A stretch of DNA of 64,000 nt from the NCBI GenBank assembly GCA_045631845.1, contig JAZQVM010000045.1, forward strand, positions 3,563 to 67,562, read 5' to 3'. Positions 48,917 through 57,752 of the stretch are shown piece after piece. Below the pieces are notes generated by a model. That model did not search any database and was not told where the DNA came from. It saw only the letters and a list, made by a program, of their open reading frames with translations. Position 1 is the first letter of the stretch; each line of letters begins with the position of its first letter. Source of the DNA: Eubacteriales bacterium. GTDB taxonomy: Bacteria > Bacillota > Clostridia > Oscillospirales > UMGS1783. Made by a program: the position numbers and the translations under genes.

Positions 48917-49420
48917 TCGCACCGACACAACGGAGAAAATAAAGGCCGCCAGATCAGCAACCAGCCCACAGGTTAGGGCGTGTGGTAATTTCCCCACCCC
49001 TGCCGCACCGCTATACAAAGCATAGGTATAGAAGGTAGTTTCTGAAGATGCCGCCAACACGCTTGCCATACGCCCGACGGCACTATCCGCGCCGTACACG
49101 CTTAGATACTCCGATAATTGCGCAATACTTCCTGAGCCGGAAATGGGGCGCAGAATGGCCAAAGGCACCAGTTCCGGCGGAATTCCAATCGCATGACAGA
49201 CGGGTGAAAGAAGCCGAGTCAAGCCATCTACGGCACCGGAGCCGCGAAACATATTCAGTGCCGTTACCATCAACAGCAAGGTGGACGCAACGCCTAAAAT
49301 AGCTGAAATTCCCTCTTTCGCGCCCTCCGTAAAGGCATCCATGATATTCACTTTTTTTATACAGCCAAGCACTAAGATACCCAAGATAATAATGGGAATG
49401 AGATAGGATATAATTTTCAT
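48902..49420 (-). CDS. spmB: Spore maturation protein B (nucleoside-recognition domain membrane protein)
   Basis: 172-aa polytopic protein paired with spmA by an ATGA-type overlap; SpmB-like sequence. Confidence 0.8.
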   Translation of the reverse strand: MKIISYLIPIIILGILVLGCIKKVNIMDAFTEGAKEGISAILGVASTLLLMVTALNMFRGSGAVDGLTRLLSPVCHAIGIPPELVPLAILRPISGSGSIAQLSEYLSVYGADSAVGRMASVLAASSETTFYTYALYSGAAGVGKLPHALTCGLVADLAAFIFSVVSVRLFLG

Positions 49421-49980
49421 TTTCTGTTTAATGCCTTAATCATTACGATACCAATGATGGCGGAAGCAAACGATGTAACCCAGACGGGAATCAAAATATC
49501 GGCCGGCATGGCCGATCCTGCCGAGGCCCGCATGCTGATAATGGTGGTGGGGATTAGCTGAATGGAAGCCCCGTTAAGCACACAAAATACGGCCATAGCT
49601 GAAGTGGCTTTTCCTGCCGAACGCTTCCCCATACGGCGCATAGCGGCAAGACCGGCGGGGGTTGCCGCATTGCCGATACCGATCATATTGGATACGATAT
49701 TGGTTGTTATGTGACCAAGCGTTTCCTCGTCGGATTCTTTGGGAAATAAGACACGTGTAATGGGCCGCAACCATTTGGATAGAATGGTTAACAATCCCGC
49801 TTGCCTTGCGATACGGAACAAACCGCTCCAAAAAGCCATAGTACCGGCCAATCCCAAGCAAAGAGATACGGCATCTTGTGCACCGCTCAACGTTGCGGAT
49901 AATAAGGCATCGCCGTTGCCGGTAATTACAGAAACGGCAACCGAAATCAACATAAGAGCCAGCACAATATAGATCAACAC
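49417..49980 (-). CDS. spmA: Spore maturation protein A
   Basis: 187-aa polytopic protein, SpmA-like (GIGNAATPAGLAAM). Confidence 0.8.
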   Translation of the reverse strand: MLIYIVLALMLISVAVSVITGNGDALLSATLSGAQDAVSLCLGLAGTMAFWSGLFRIARQAGLLTILSKWLRPITRVLFPKESDEETLGHITTNIVSNMIGIGNAATPAGLAAMRRMGKRSAGKATSAMAVFCVLNGASIQLIPTTIISMRASAGSAMPADILIPVWVTSFASAIIGIVMIKALNRK

Positions 49981-50063
49981 GCCTATTCCTCCAAAAAGTG
50001 TAATTTGCTATTGACGAAATTTGTCGTAATGTGTTACATTATAAACAAAGGAAGGTGGAAATA

Positions 50064-50306
50064 ATGAAAGCAACCGGCATTGTCAGACAGGTCGATGATC
50101 TCGGCCGTATCGTATTGCCTATTGAATTACGCAGAAAGATGGATATTAATATTAAAGATCCCCTTGAAATTTATGTAGACAACGATACAATCATTCTCAA
50201 AAAATACCAAGCAGGATGCGTATTTTGCGGTAACGCCCAGGTGATCAATTATAAAGGAAAAAATATTTGTCCTGAATGCATCAAAGAAATGTTTGAACAG
50301 ATATAA
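50064..50306 (+). CDS. abrB: AbrB-family transition-state regulator (SpoVT-AbrB domain + C-terminal CxxC...CxxC)
   Basis: MKATGIVRQVDDLGRIVLPIELRR is near-identical in pattern to the AbrB N-terminus. Start at 50064 (GGAAGGTGG SD). Confidence 0.9.
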   Translation: MKATGIVRQVDDLGRIVLPIELRRKMDINIKDPLEIYVDNDTIILKKYQAGCVFCGNAQVINYKGKNICPECIKEMFEQI

Positions 50307-50310
50307 AAAC

Positions 50311-50343
50311 AGCCGGAAAACGATGTTTTCCGGCTATTTTTAT
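50311..50343. terminator. Bidirectional terminator between abrB and the flavin reductase gene
   Basis: Hairpin AGCCGGAAAAC-N3-GTTTTCCGGCT flanked by A-run/T-run on both sides. Confidence 0.75.
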
Positions 50344-50897
50344 AATGATAATCCATCATGAAAGGCTTGCCCAATCTTTTCCCCGATTCCCCAATAGGCA
50401 TGATTCATAGAATCATATATGATCGGTTTGAGTTTGACAGGATCAACCTTACCTTTTTCATTTAAGATGCTTTCATCTGCGCTGACATTGACAATTTCTC
50501 CAATCAATCGACAGGTTTCCTTATCATAGGATTTAACCTTACACTCCAGTGCCATGGGTAATTCTTCAAAAAGCGGGGCATCCACAAATTCGCTTTTCAC
50601 GGCATGCCAGCCTGTTTTGTTCATTTTATCGGGATGATCTTGCCCTGACACGATTCCGACATAGTCGCAGGCAATCATTGTCCGTTCCGTGCCCATGCTT
50701 ACCGTAAAGGCGTTGCGCTTTACGAGGTTGTCCGCCGTTTTGTGGGTATCATCAATACAGATGGTGATCTCCGTTTCCTCGGTGAGGCCGCCCCATGCGG
50801 CATTCATAGCGTTAGGTGTGCCATCGTCGTTATAGGTGCCGACAATAAAGACCGGCTGGGGATAGAGTTGAGGCTTGGCGCCGAAATTCTTTCGCAT
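50340..50897 (-). CDS. Flavin reductase family protein (FMN-binding split barrel)
   Basis: 185 aa; pattern typical of flavoredoxin-like flavin reductases (PNAMNAAWGG). Confidence 0.75.
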   Translation of the reverse strand: MRKNFGAKPQLYPQPVFIVGTYNDDGTPNAMNAAWGGLTEETEITICIDDTHKTADNLVKRNAFTVSMGTERTMIACDYVGIVSGQDHPDKMNKTGWHAVKSEFVDAPLFEELPMALECKVKSYDKETCRLIGEIVNVSADESILNEKGKVDPVKLKPIIYDSMNHAYWGIGEKIGQAFHDGLSL

Positions 50898-51005
50898 AAT
50901 TAGCCCTCCTTTTTACAACAGTATAGCAAAAGATTCCGAAAAAGAAAAGATATTCTTTGTATTTGCGCTATGATATGATATAATTTTAACAGAGGTGATA
51001 CCAAC

Positions 51006-51827
51006 ATGACCATACCGCTTTCCCCTGAAGATTATCAAGAGCCGGCCTGCCCGCTCTGCATGGATACCGATAAGAGCGAGCGGATTCCCGTTGCCCGCAT
51101 TATTCAAAAATTAGATGAGTATTTCAATCGAAACGATTATTCCTCAGCGCTCGATCATTTAAATTATTGGGTTAAAGAAGCCCTTGCCTTAGGCGATGAC
51201 GGTGGTCTGCTTTCGCTCTATAATGAACGCATGGGGCTTTACCGCAAGATCGGAAAGAAGGACGAAGCCATTGCGGATGCAAGAGCGGCACTCCTTTTGC
51301 TCGCGCAATTAGGACATGACGGCGACAAAACGGGAGGTACTACACTTCTCAATGCGGCCACCGTATACAAATCCTTTCAATTGTCCGAGCAGGCGTTGCC
51401 GTTATATGAAAGGGCATTGCAGATCTTTAAGCAGGTACTCTCCCCTACCGATTCGTTATTTGGCGGATTATATAACAATATGGGCTTAGCCTTGGTTGAT
51501 TTGCGTCAATATGATCGGGCGAACGACTACTATGCCAAGGCGTTGGAGATTATGGCGCATGTAGAAAACGGGGCACTTGAACAGGCCATTACCCATTTAA
51601 ATATGGCCGATGCCGTTACTGCTCAATACGGTTTAGAATCGGCGGCCGGCATGATTGAGGAACATATAGGAAAAGCGCAGGACTTATTGGAAAATTCCGC
51701 CTTGCCTCGCAATGGGTATTATGCCTTTGTTGCCGAAAAGTGTGCGCCGACATTCCGCTATTACGGACATTTCTTCTATGCCAGACAACTGGAAGATAGA
51801 TCAAGGAGCATCTATGAAAGGGCTTGA
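51006..51827 (+). CDS. Tetratricopeptide-repeat protein
   Basis: Repeated TPR-like helices (LYNERMGLYRKIGKKDEAI, LLNAATVYKSFQLSEQALPLYERAL, LYNNMGLALVDLRQYDRANDYYAKAL). AGAGGTGA SD; candidate promoter TTGTAT-16-TATAAT at 50957-50984. Confidence 0.75.
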   Translation: MTIPLSPEDYQEPACPLCMDTDKSERIPVARIIQKLDEYFNRNDYSSALDHLNYWVKEALALGDDGGLLSLYNERMGLYRKIGKKDEAIADARAALLLLAQLGHDGDKTGGTTLLNAATVYKSFQLSEQALPLYERALQIFKQVLSPTDSLFGGLYNNMGLALVDLRQYDRANDYYAKALEIMAHVENGALEQAITHLNMADAVTAQYGLESAAGMIEEHIGKAQDLLENSALPRNGYYAFVAEKCAPTFRYYGHFFYARQLEDRSRSIYERA

Positions 51828-52755
51828 GTTATCCAGACAATATTATTTGACCTATGGAGCGCCCATGATTCATGAGAAATTTTCTCATTTAGAATCACTG
51901 CTTGCGGTTGGTTTAGTGGGAAGCGGGTCGGAATGTTATGGCTTTGATGATGCTATTTCGCAAGATCATGATTTTGAGCCGGGGTTTTGTCTTTTTATTC
52001 CCGATGAGGATATCATCAGCAATCGAGAGGCCTTTGCCCTTGAACGGGCCTACGATAAACTTCCCAAGGAATTTATGGGCATGCACCGCCTTAAGCAATC
52101 TCCCGTGGGCGGCAATCGGCACGGAGTCATCCGCATAGCCGATTTTTACCGTGACAAGATTGGATTTGCGCATGGTTTTTCTTGTCTGTATGATTGGTTT
52201 TCGGTTCCTGAATTTTCGATTGCCGAAGCGGTAAACGGTGAGATTTTTCAAGATAATTATGGACAATTCAGTAAAATTCGACAATCTCTTGAACAGATTC
52301 CCGAAGATGTGCGTCGAAAAAAGCTGGCGAGTGCCCTACTGATTATGGCACAGGCGGGGCAATACAACTATCCTCGCTGTTTGGCGCATGGTGAGGGCGG
52401 TGCGGCACAGTTGGCCATTGGCGAATTCGTTAATCAGGCTATACGAATCATCTTCCTGCTGAATGGAAAATTTGCCCCATTTTACAAATGGGCATTTCGA
52501 GCCATGAAATCCCTTCCCCTGCTTTCAAATCATGCGCAAGGACTTGAATTTTTGATTTCAAGCACAAATGACTCCGCCACATCCGCCAAAAAGGCGGAAA
52601 TTATACAAGCCATAGCCAAAGATGTGGCCGGTGTGTTGCAGGAACAAGGACTCACAGCCTTACCTTACACTGATTTGGAAGCGCAAGCATATGAAATCAA
52701 TCAGACCATTTCTGACGGAAATCTTCGAAACGAGCATATTTTATTTGCCTTATAA
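51814..52755 (+). CDS. Nucleotidyltransferase-fold protein (Pol-beta-type NTase N-terminus, DUF4037-like)
   Basis: GLVGSGSECYGFDDAISQDHDF matches the G[SG]...DxD minimal NTase motif. Start at MKGLELS (AAGGAG SD), overlapping the TPR gene end by 14 nt. Confidence 0.65.
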   Translation: MKGLELSRQYYLTYGAPMIHEKFSHLESLLAVGLVGSGSECYGFDDAISQDHDFEPGFCLFIPDEDIISNREAFALERAYDKLPKEFMGMHRLKQSPVGGNRHGVIRIADFYRDKIGFAHGFSCLYDWFSVPEFSIAEAVNGEIFQDNYGQFSKIRQSLEQIPEDVRRKKLASALLIMAQAGQYNYPRCLAHGEGGAAQLAIGEFVNQAIRIIFLLNGKFAPFYKWAFRAMKSLPLLSNHAQGLEFLISSTNDSATSAKKAEIIQAIAKDVAGVLQEQGLTALPYTDLEAQAYEINQTISDGNLRNEHILFAL

Positions 52756-52760
52756 AAAAA

Positions 52761-52790
52761 GAAGCCGAAACGGTTTTCCGTTTCGGCTTC
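52761..52790. terminator. Bidirectional terminator (NTase gene / uracil permease)
   Basis: Perfect 13-bp stem GAAGCCGAAACGG-TTTT-CCGTTTCGGCTTC. The A-run on the left gives a strong T-tract for the minus strand. Confidence 0.8.
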
Positions 52791-52802
52791 TTCATGTATT
52801 GA

Positions 52803-54188
52803 TTATTCGTTATCGGTATCAATCTGAGCGGGAACTTCCTTTTTGAGATTCAAAATCGTATTAACAAGGATGCCCAAGATCAGAGCACAGGCAATGGAGG
52901 TGATGGTCACGCCGCCGAAGGTCAGCGACAGGCCGCCGATACCAGCAATGAGAATGACCGATACCACAAATACATTCTTGTTCTGCTCCAGATCAACCTT
53001 CTGAACCATTTTCAGACCGGAAACCGCGATGAAGCCATAAAGGGTCATGCAGACACCACCCATGACGCAGTTGGGAATGGTGCTCAAGAAGGCAACAAAG
53101 GGAGAAACGAAGGAGATCAGGATCGTCATGATAGCCGCCGTCATGATGGTAATAACCGAAGCATTACGGGTAATGGCTACGCAACCGACCGATTCACCGT
53201 AAGTGGTGTTCGGGCAACCGCCGAACAATGCACCGGCCATCGAGCCGATACCGTCGCCCAACAATGTGCGGGACAGGCCGGGCTCTTCTAACAGATTCTG
53301 ACCGATAATGGTGGACAGATTCTTATGGTCGGCAATATGCTCAGCAAAGACAACAAAGGCAACGGGAACATAGGCCGCGGCGATGGTGCCGAGATATGCC
53401 CAGTCAAAGCCCTTCACGCCGTCAATAGCCGTAACAAAGGTAAAGTCGGGCATGGAGAAGAAGGTACCGAAGGTAACGCCGTCGGCAAACAGAGCCTTGA
53501 ATGCGCCGAAGTTGATAACCTTAAGGGCATCGACACCTGCGGCATCACCAATGAGAGTAAAAATCAAAGCCACAACATAACCGGCTAAGATACCGATAAT
53601 GAAGGGGATTAATTTAGCCATTTTCTTACCATAGTGAGAGCAGAGAATGACAACAAACAGAGTAACCAGAGCACAAACCAAAGCTACATACGGTGAGCAA
53701 ACTGAAGCGCCTTCTACCTGCAGGCCTCCCTTGAGCATATCACCTACGGCATTGCCGGCCAGGGACAGACCGATAATAGCAACAGTAGGTCCGATAACAA
53801 CGGCTGGCATCAGTTTTTCGATCCAGTTAACACCAACAGCCTTAACAATCAGAGCGATAACGACATAGACCAGACCGGCAAAGACGGCGCCAAGGATCAG
53901 ACCGAGGTAGCCCATGCCCATTGAGGTGGCACCGGCAAAGGCGGCCAACATCGAGCCGATAAAGGCAAAGGACGAGCCAAGGAATACGGGACTCTTAAAA
54001 CGGGTAAACAACTGATAGATCAGGGTACCAACACCGGCACCGAACAGGGCTGCCGATTGCGACATGCCGTTTCCAATGATCGCAGGAACCGCAATGGTAG
54101 CCGCCATGATAGCAAGCACCTGCTGGAACGCAAAGACGATCAGCTGGCCGAATTTCGGCTTGTCATCCAGATTGTAGATGAGATTCAT
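52803..54188 (-). CDS. pyrP: Uracil/xanthine permease (NCS2 family)
   Basis: 461-aa polytopic protein with NCS2 motifs (TTYGESVG, FGLI-like blocks); located downstream of pyrR. Confidence 0.85.
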   Translation of the reverse strand: MNLIYNLDDKPKFGQLIVFAFQQVLAIMAATIAVPAIIGNGMSQSAALFGAGVGTLIYQLFTRFKSPVFLGSSFAFIGSMLAAFAGATSMGMGYLGLILGAVFAGLVYVVIALIVKAVGVNWIEKLMPAVVIGPTVAIIGLSLAGNAVGDMLKGGLQVEGASVCSPYVALVCALVTLFVVILCSHYGKKMAKLIPFIIGILAGYVVALIFTLIGDAAGVDALKVINFGAFKALFADGVTFGTFFSMPDFTFVTAIDGVKGFDWAYLGTIAAAYVPVAFVVFAEHIADHKNLSTIIGQNLLEEPGLSRTLLGDGIGSMAGALFGGCPNTTYGESVGCVAITRNASVITIMTAAIMTILISFVSPFVAFLSTIPNCVMGGVCMTLYGFIAVSGLKMVQKVDLEQNKNVFVVSVILIAGIGGLSLTFGGVTITSIACALILGILVNTILNLKKEVPAQIDTDNE

Positions 54189-54237
54189 TTTCTTCCTCCA
54201 ATTTAATTTTCTTTATTAAAACGGGATCACTCCCGAA

Positions 54238-54771
54238 TTAACCGACATGATACAGGCAGACGCCCGTTTCCTCGTCCACACCCTCGACCATAACCGAAAC
54301 CAGTTCTTCGTGAGAAGTGGGAATATTTTTACCGACAAAGTCGGGACGAATGGGTAATTCCCGATGACCGCGATCGACCAGCACGGCCAGTTGAATCGAT
54401 TTAGGACGGCCGTAATTAAATACGGCTTCGATGGCGGCACGGGCCGTGCGACCGGTATAGATCACATCGTCCACAATGATTACATTTTTATCTTCAATTG
54501 CGCACGGAAATTCGCTTGACTCGGTAATCGGCATTTCATCCGTCAAATCATCCCGATAGCGCGTGATATCAATATGCCCCATCGGCACATCAACACCCTC
54601 AAACCGCTTTAAGTTTTCAGCCAACATACCGGCAAGCGGAATCCCCCGCCGTTTAATACCCAGCAGGCAAATATCCGATACGCCTCTGTTTTTTTCAATA
54701 ATTTCATGGGTAATACGCGCCATTGAACGGCGAACAGCCGCTTCATCCATAATTTTAGCCTTAAAATTCAT
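54238..54771 (-). CDS. pyrR: Bifunctional pyr mRNA-binding attenuation regulator / uracil phosphoribosyltransferase PyrR
   Basis: 177 aa; PRPP-binding VIIVDDVIYTGRT motif; PyrR-like N-terminus (MDEAAVRRSMARITHEIIE). Confidence 0.93.
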   Translation of the reverse strand: MNFKAKIMDEAAVRRSMARITHEIIEKNRGVSDICLLGIKRRGIPLAGMLAENLKRFEGVDVPMGHIDITRYRDDLTDEMPITESSEFPCAIEDKNVIIVDDVIYTGRTARAAIEAVFNYGRPKSIQLAVLVDRGHRELPIRPDFVGKNIPTSHEELVSVMVEGVDEETGVCLYHVG

Positions 54772-54782
54772 GTAGTATCCCC

Positions 54783-54810
54783 TAAAAAAGGCTTGCCCAT
54801 GGCAAGCCTC
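54783..54810 (-). terminator. Leader (attenuator) terminator immediately upstream of pyrR
   Basis: Minus-strand hairpin AGGCTTGCC-ATG-GGCAAGCCT followed by TTTTTT; the T-tract ends 12 nt before the pyrR start codon. Confidence 0.7.
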
Positions 54811-54879
54811 TACATATTAATATTCGCTGATGCAGAAACTTACCGGCATCGCTGTACCGCTTAAAACTTCATCATTTAT

Positions 54880-54908
54880 ATGATACCATTGTCGCTCCCG
54901 CTTGTCAA
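54880..54908 (-). promoter_or_regulatory. Sigma-A-type promoter of the pyrR-permease operon
   Basis: Minus strand reads TTGACA-17 nt-TATCAT. Confidence 0.65.
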
Positions 54909-54928
54909 TTATTTTATGAACAAATTAT

Positions 54929-54956
54929 GAAAAAAGCGACAGAAATCTGTCGCTTT
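54929..54956 (-). terminator. Rho-independent terminator after galT
   Basis: Hairpin AGCGACAG-N4-CTGTCGCT with flanking A/T runs. Confidence 0.75.
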
Positions 54957-54961
54957 TTCTA

Positions 54962-56449
54962 TCAAATATTTGAAGCAAAACGAAGGAAAGCGTCCTGCCC
55001 TTCCTTGTTACGCTTAAAGACACCGGCATCCTCCAATACCTGCTCAAAGACATGAGCGATCTCCTCTTTGATTACCAAATCAAAGGTATCGGGCGTGAGA
55101 TCGGTGCGTCTTTCCATAATTTCCTGCATCCACGCTTGGTGAGAAGCGGTTTGCGGATGATCGGCAAAAGATCCGCCGTTAACATACACCTGCCGCAACA
55201 TCTCCCATTCCTGACGAAGCCGTGCCGGCAAAACGGCCAAGCCTTGCACTTCGATCAATCCAATATTCTCTTTCTTAATATGGTGCAGATGGGCATGGGG
55301 ATGGAAGACACCGAGCGGATGCTCCTGTGTGGTAATATTATTACGCAACACCAGATCCAGTTCATACTGCCCCTCTCGCATACGGGCAATAGGCGTAATG
55401 GTATTGTGCGGCTCCCCATCGGTATGACTGAACACGAAGGCCGACTCATCGGTATACTCCCGCCATGCCGCCAAAATCCGTGCTGCCAATTTTGCCAACG
55501 CTTTGCGATCCTGACTTTGCAAACGAATGACCGACATCGGCCATTTCACGATACCTGCTCTAATTTGCGGATAATCGGCAAAGGTCAGCGGCGTTTCGAT
55601 CGGCGCTTTTGCCATCGGCAATTCATGGATACCACCTTGAAAATGTTCATGGGACAAAATACTGCCGCCGACAATGGGCAGATCGGCATTAGAGCCGACG
55701 AAGTAATGCGGGAATAACCCTATAAAGTCAAACAACTTGTCAAAGACAGCCGCATCAATCCGCATTGGCTTATGCTCTGCGTTCAAAACAATGCAATGCT
55801 CATCATAATACACATAGGGCGAATATTGGAAACCCCATGCTTCGTCATTTACTGTTATGGGAATGATACGTAAATTCTGACGAGCCTGCTGGGTTGCACT
55901 GCCGACATATCCCTCATTCTCCACACACAGCGCACAGGCAGGATAATTTGCCGAAACCGTCTTCCCTGCCGCCGCAATATCTCTCGGATCCTTTTCCGGC
56001 TTGGATAAGTTGATGCTCAATTCCAATGTGCCGTATTGAGTTTGGGCGTCCCATCTCACATCCCGTGCGACACGCTCGGCACGAATATAATTGACATCAC
56101 GGGAAAAGCGATAAAACCAATCGGTAGCCTCTTTCGGCGATTGCTCATACAATTCATAAAATCGATGGGTGATGTGCGACGGACTCTCGGCCACCAATCC
56201 CATCAACAACGAATCAAACCGATCCCGATTTCCTTGCGTATCGGCAATTCTTCCTAACCGAACCGCCTCATCGCAAAGAAAGTCCAACAATCCTTGGATG
56301 GTCTTTCCTTGACAATCAGCAACATCAGGCACCCCTCCGTCGGGGCAAAAAGCACCATACAACAGATTGAGCCGATATGTACATTCACTTGCATCAATCA
56401 AACCATGCGAGATGGCATAATCGACAAGACGATCTAACGCTGTGGTCAT
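54962..56449 (-). CDS. galT: UDP-glucose--hexose-1-phosphate uridylyltransferase (long, Gram-positive type)
   Basis: 495 aa. By-eye similarity to long Firmicute-type GalT, including a histidine-containing block (GGSILSHEHFQGG); adjacent to galK. Confidence 0.85.
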   Translation of the reverse strand: MTTALDRLVDYAISHGLIDASECTYRLNLLYGAFCPDGGVPDVADCQGKTIQGLLDFLCDEAVRLGRIADTQGNRDRFDSLLMGLVAESPSHITHRFYELYEQSPKEATDWFYRFSRDVNYIRAERVARDVRWDAQTQYGTLELSINLSKPEKDPRDIAAAGKTVSANYPACALCVENEGYVGSATQQARQNLRIIPITVNDEAWGFQYSPYVYYDEHCIVLNAEHKPMRIDAAVFDKLFDFIGLFPHYFVGSNADLPIVGGSILSHEHFQGGIHELPMAKAPIETPLTFADYPQIRAGIVKWPMSVIRLQSQDRKALAKLAARILAAWREYTDESAFVFSHTDGEPHNTITPIARMREGQYELDLVLRNNITTQEHPLGVFHPHAHLHHIKKENIGLIEVQGLAVLPARLRQEWEMLRQVYVNGGSFADHPQTASHQAWMQEIMERRTDLTPDTFDLVIKEEIAHVFEQVLEDAGVFKRNKEGQDAFLRFASNI

Positions 56450-57618
56450 CAGTCCACAACCTCCATCGGGCCGTTTCCGACCGATGCAATATAGAAGGCG
56501 GCCGTAAGACCGGTTTCCTTGTTATAAATCTCGGCCACATATTTCTTCACCGCTTCGGTGCAATCGGACGAAACCAAGGCAACGGCACATCCGCCAAATC
56601 CGGCTCCTGTCATACGAGCACCGATTACGCCATCACATTCCCACGCATGATGAACCAGACTATCCAGTTCCTTGCCGGTAACCTCATAGTCCTTTTCCAA
56701 AGACTCATGAGAAGCATTCATCAATCGGCCGAATTCCTTAAGATCGTTATTCTCCAACGCCTTTACGGCACGCTGGGTACGGCCGTCCTCGGTAATGGCA
56801 TGGCGGGCACGGCGGTAAATCACCTCAGACATATCCGCCTGAGCCGCCTCCAGCATTTCCTCGGTGGCATCGCAAAGAGTTTCCGCTTCGCCGTATTGAC
56901 GCAAAATCTCCAATGCCTGTGCACATTCCTTAACACGGTCATTATACTTCGAATCTTTCAACCCACGCTTCTTGCGGGTATCCATAATCAGAATATCGCA
57001 ACCATCCAGCGACAGGGGCGCATACTGATAGTCCAGCGTAGCCGTGTTGAGATAGATGGCGCAACCTTCCTTACCCATTGCCACGGCAAACTGATCCATA
57101 ATACCGCAGTTCATGCCAACATAACCATTTTCGGCCTTTTGACCGAGAATGGCGATATGATCGTTACTCATGGGAATATCAAAAATCTTGCCCAGAGCAT
57201 AGCCGGTAACCACTTCAAGCGAGGCCGACGAAGACAGACCCGAACCGTTGGGAATATTGCCATAAACCCACATATCAAAACCGTAAGGAATTTCTTTTCC
57301 TTCCTGAGCCATGGCCCAGATTACGCCGCAGGGGTAAGCCGTCCATGTACGGTTGCTGCGGGAAGCTAAAGAATCCAAAGACAATTCATAAATACCGGAC
57401 TCGGTAAAATTCTCAGAGTAAAAGCGCAGTTTGCGATCGGCACGTTTACGAATGGCTACATAAGTACCCATCGAAAGGGCACAAGGAAAAACATGACCAC
57501 CGTTATAATCGGTATGCTCTCCAATCAGATTAACGCGACCGGGCGCAAAAAAGACCTGTACTCCATTGGCATCACCAAACGACTTGGCAAATCCATTTAA
57601 ACATTGTGCTTGATTCAT
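56449..57618 (-). CDS. galK: Galactokinase
   Basis: GRVNLIGEHTDYNGG signature and GHMP motif (PNGSGLSSSAS). Start at MNQAQ (GAGGAGGTG SD). Confidence 0.95.
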   Translation of the reverse strand: MNQAQCLNGFAKSFGDANGVQVFFAPGRVNLIGEHTDYNGGHVFPCALSMGTYVAIRKRADRKLRFYSENFTESGIYELSLDSLASRSNRTWTAYPCGVIWAMAQEGKEIPYGFDMWVYGNIPNGSGLSSSASLEVVTGYALGKIFDIPMSNDHIAILGQKAENGYVGMNCGIMDQFAVAMGKEGCAIYLNTATLDYQYAPLSLDGCDILIMDTRKKRGLKDSKYNDRVKECAQALEILRQYGEAETLCDATEEMLEAAQADMSEVIYRRARHAITEDGRTQRAVKALENNDLKEFGRLMNASHESLEKDYEVTGKELDSLVHHAWECDGVIGARMTGAGFGGCAVALVSSDCTEAVKKYVAEIYNKETGLTAAFYIASVGNGPMEVVD

Positions 57619-57701
57619 AAAAAGCACCTCCTCTTATTTGTAGTTTACTCGATTTCCCATCGCTATGCAAGTACACATCGTGTTTGTCGCATGGATTTTT
57701 G

Positions 57702-57731
57702 TTGACTTTTTAATCTTAGATATTATATAAT
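57702..57731 (+). promoter_or_regulatory. Sigma-A-type promoter of the AraC-family regulator gene
   Basis: TTGACT-18 nt-TATAAT. Confidence 0.55.
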
Positions 57732-57752
57732 GCATGGTAAGGTGGTGAGGCA

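Noticed and set aside
56377-57369. 330-aa plus-strand ORF antisense to galK. Similar cases are the 326-aa ORF at 9132-10112 opposite ispH::S1 and the 221-aa ORF at 55052-55717 opposite galT.
   Set aside because: These are antisense shadows of well-supported genes, with no independent evidence.
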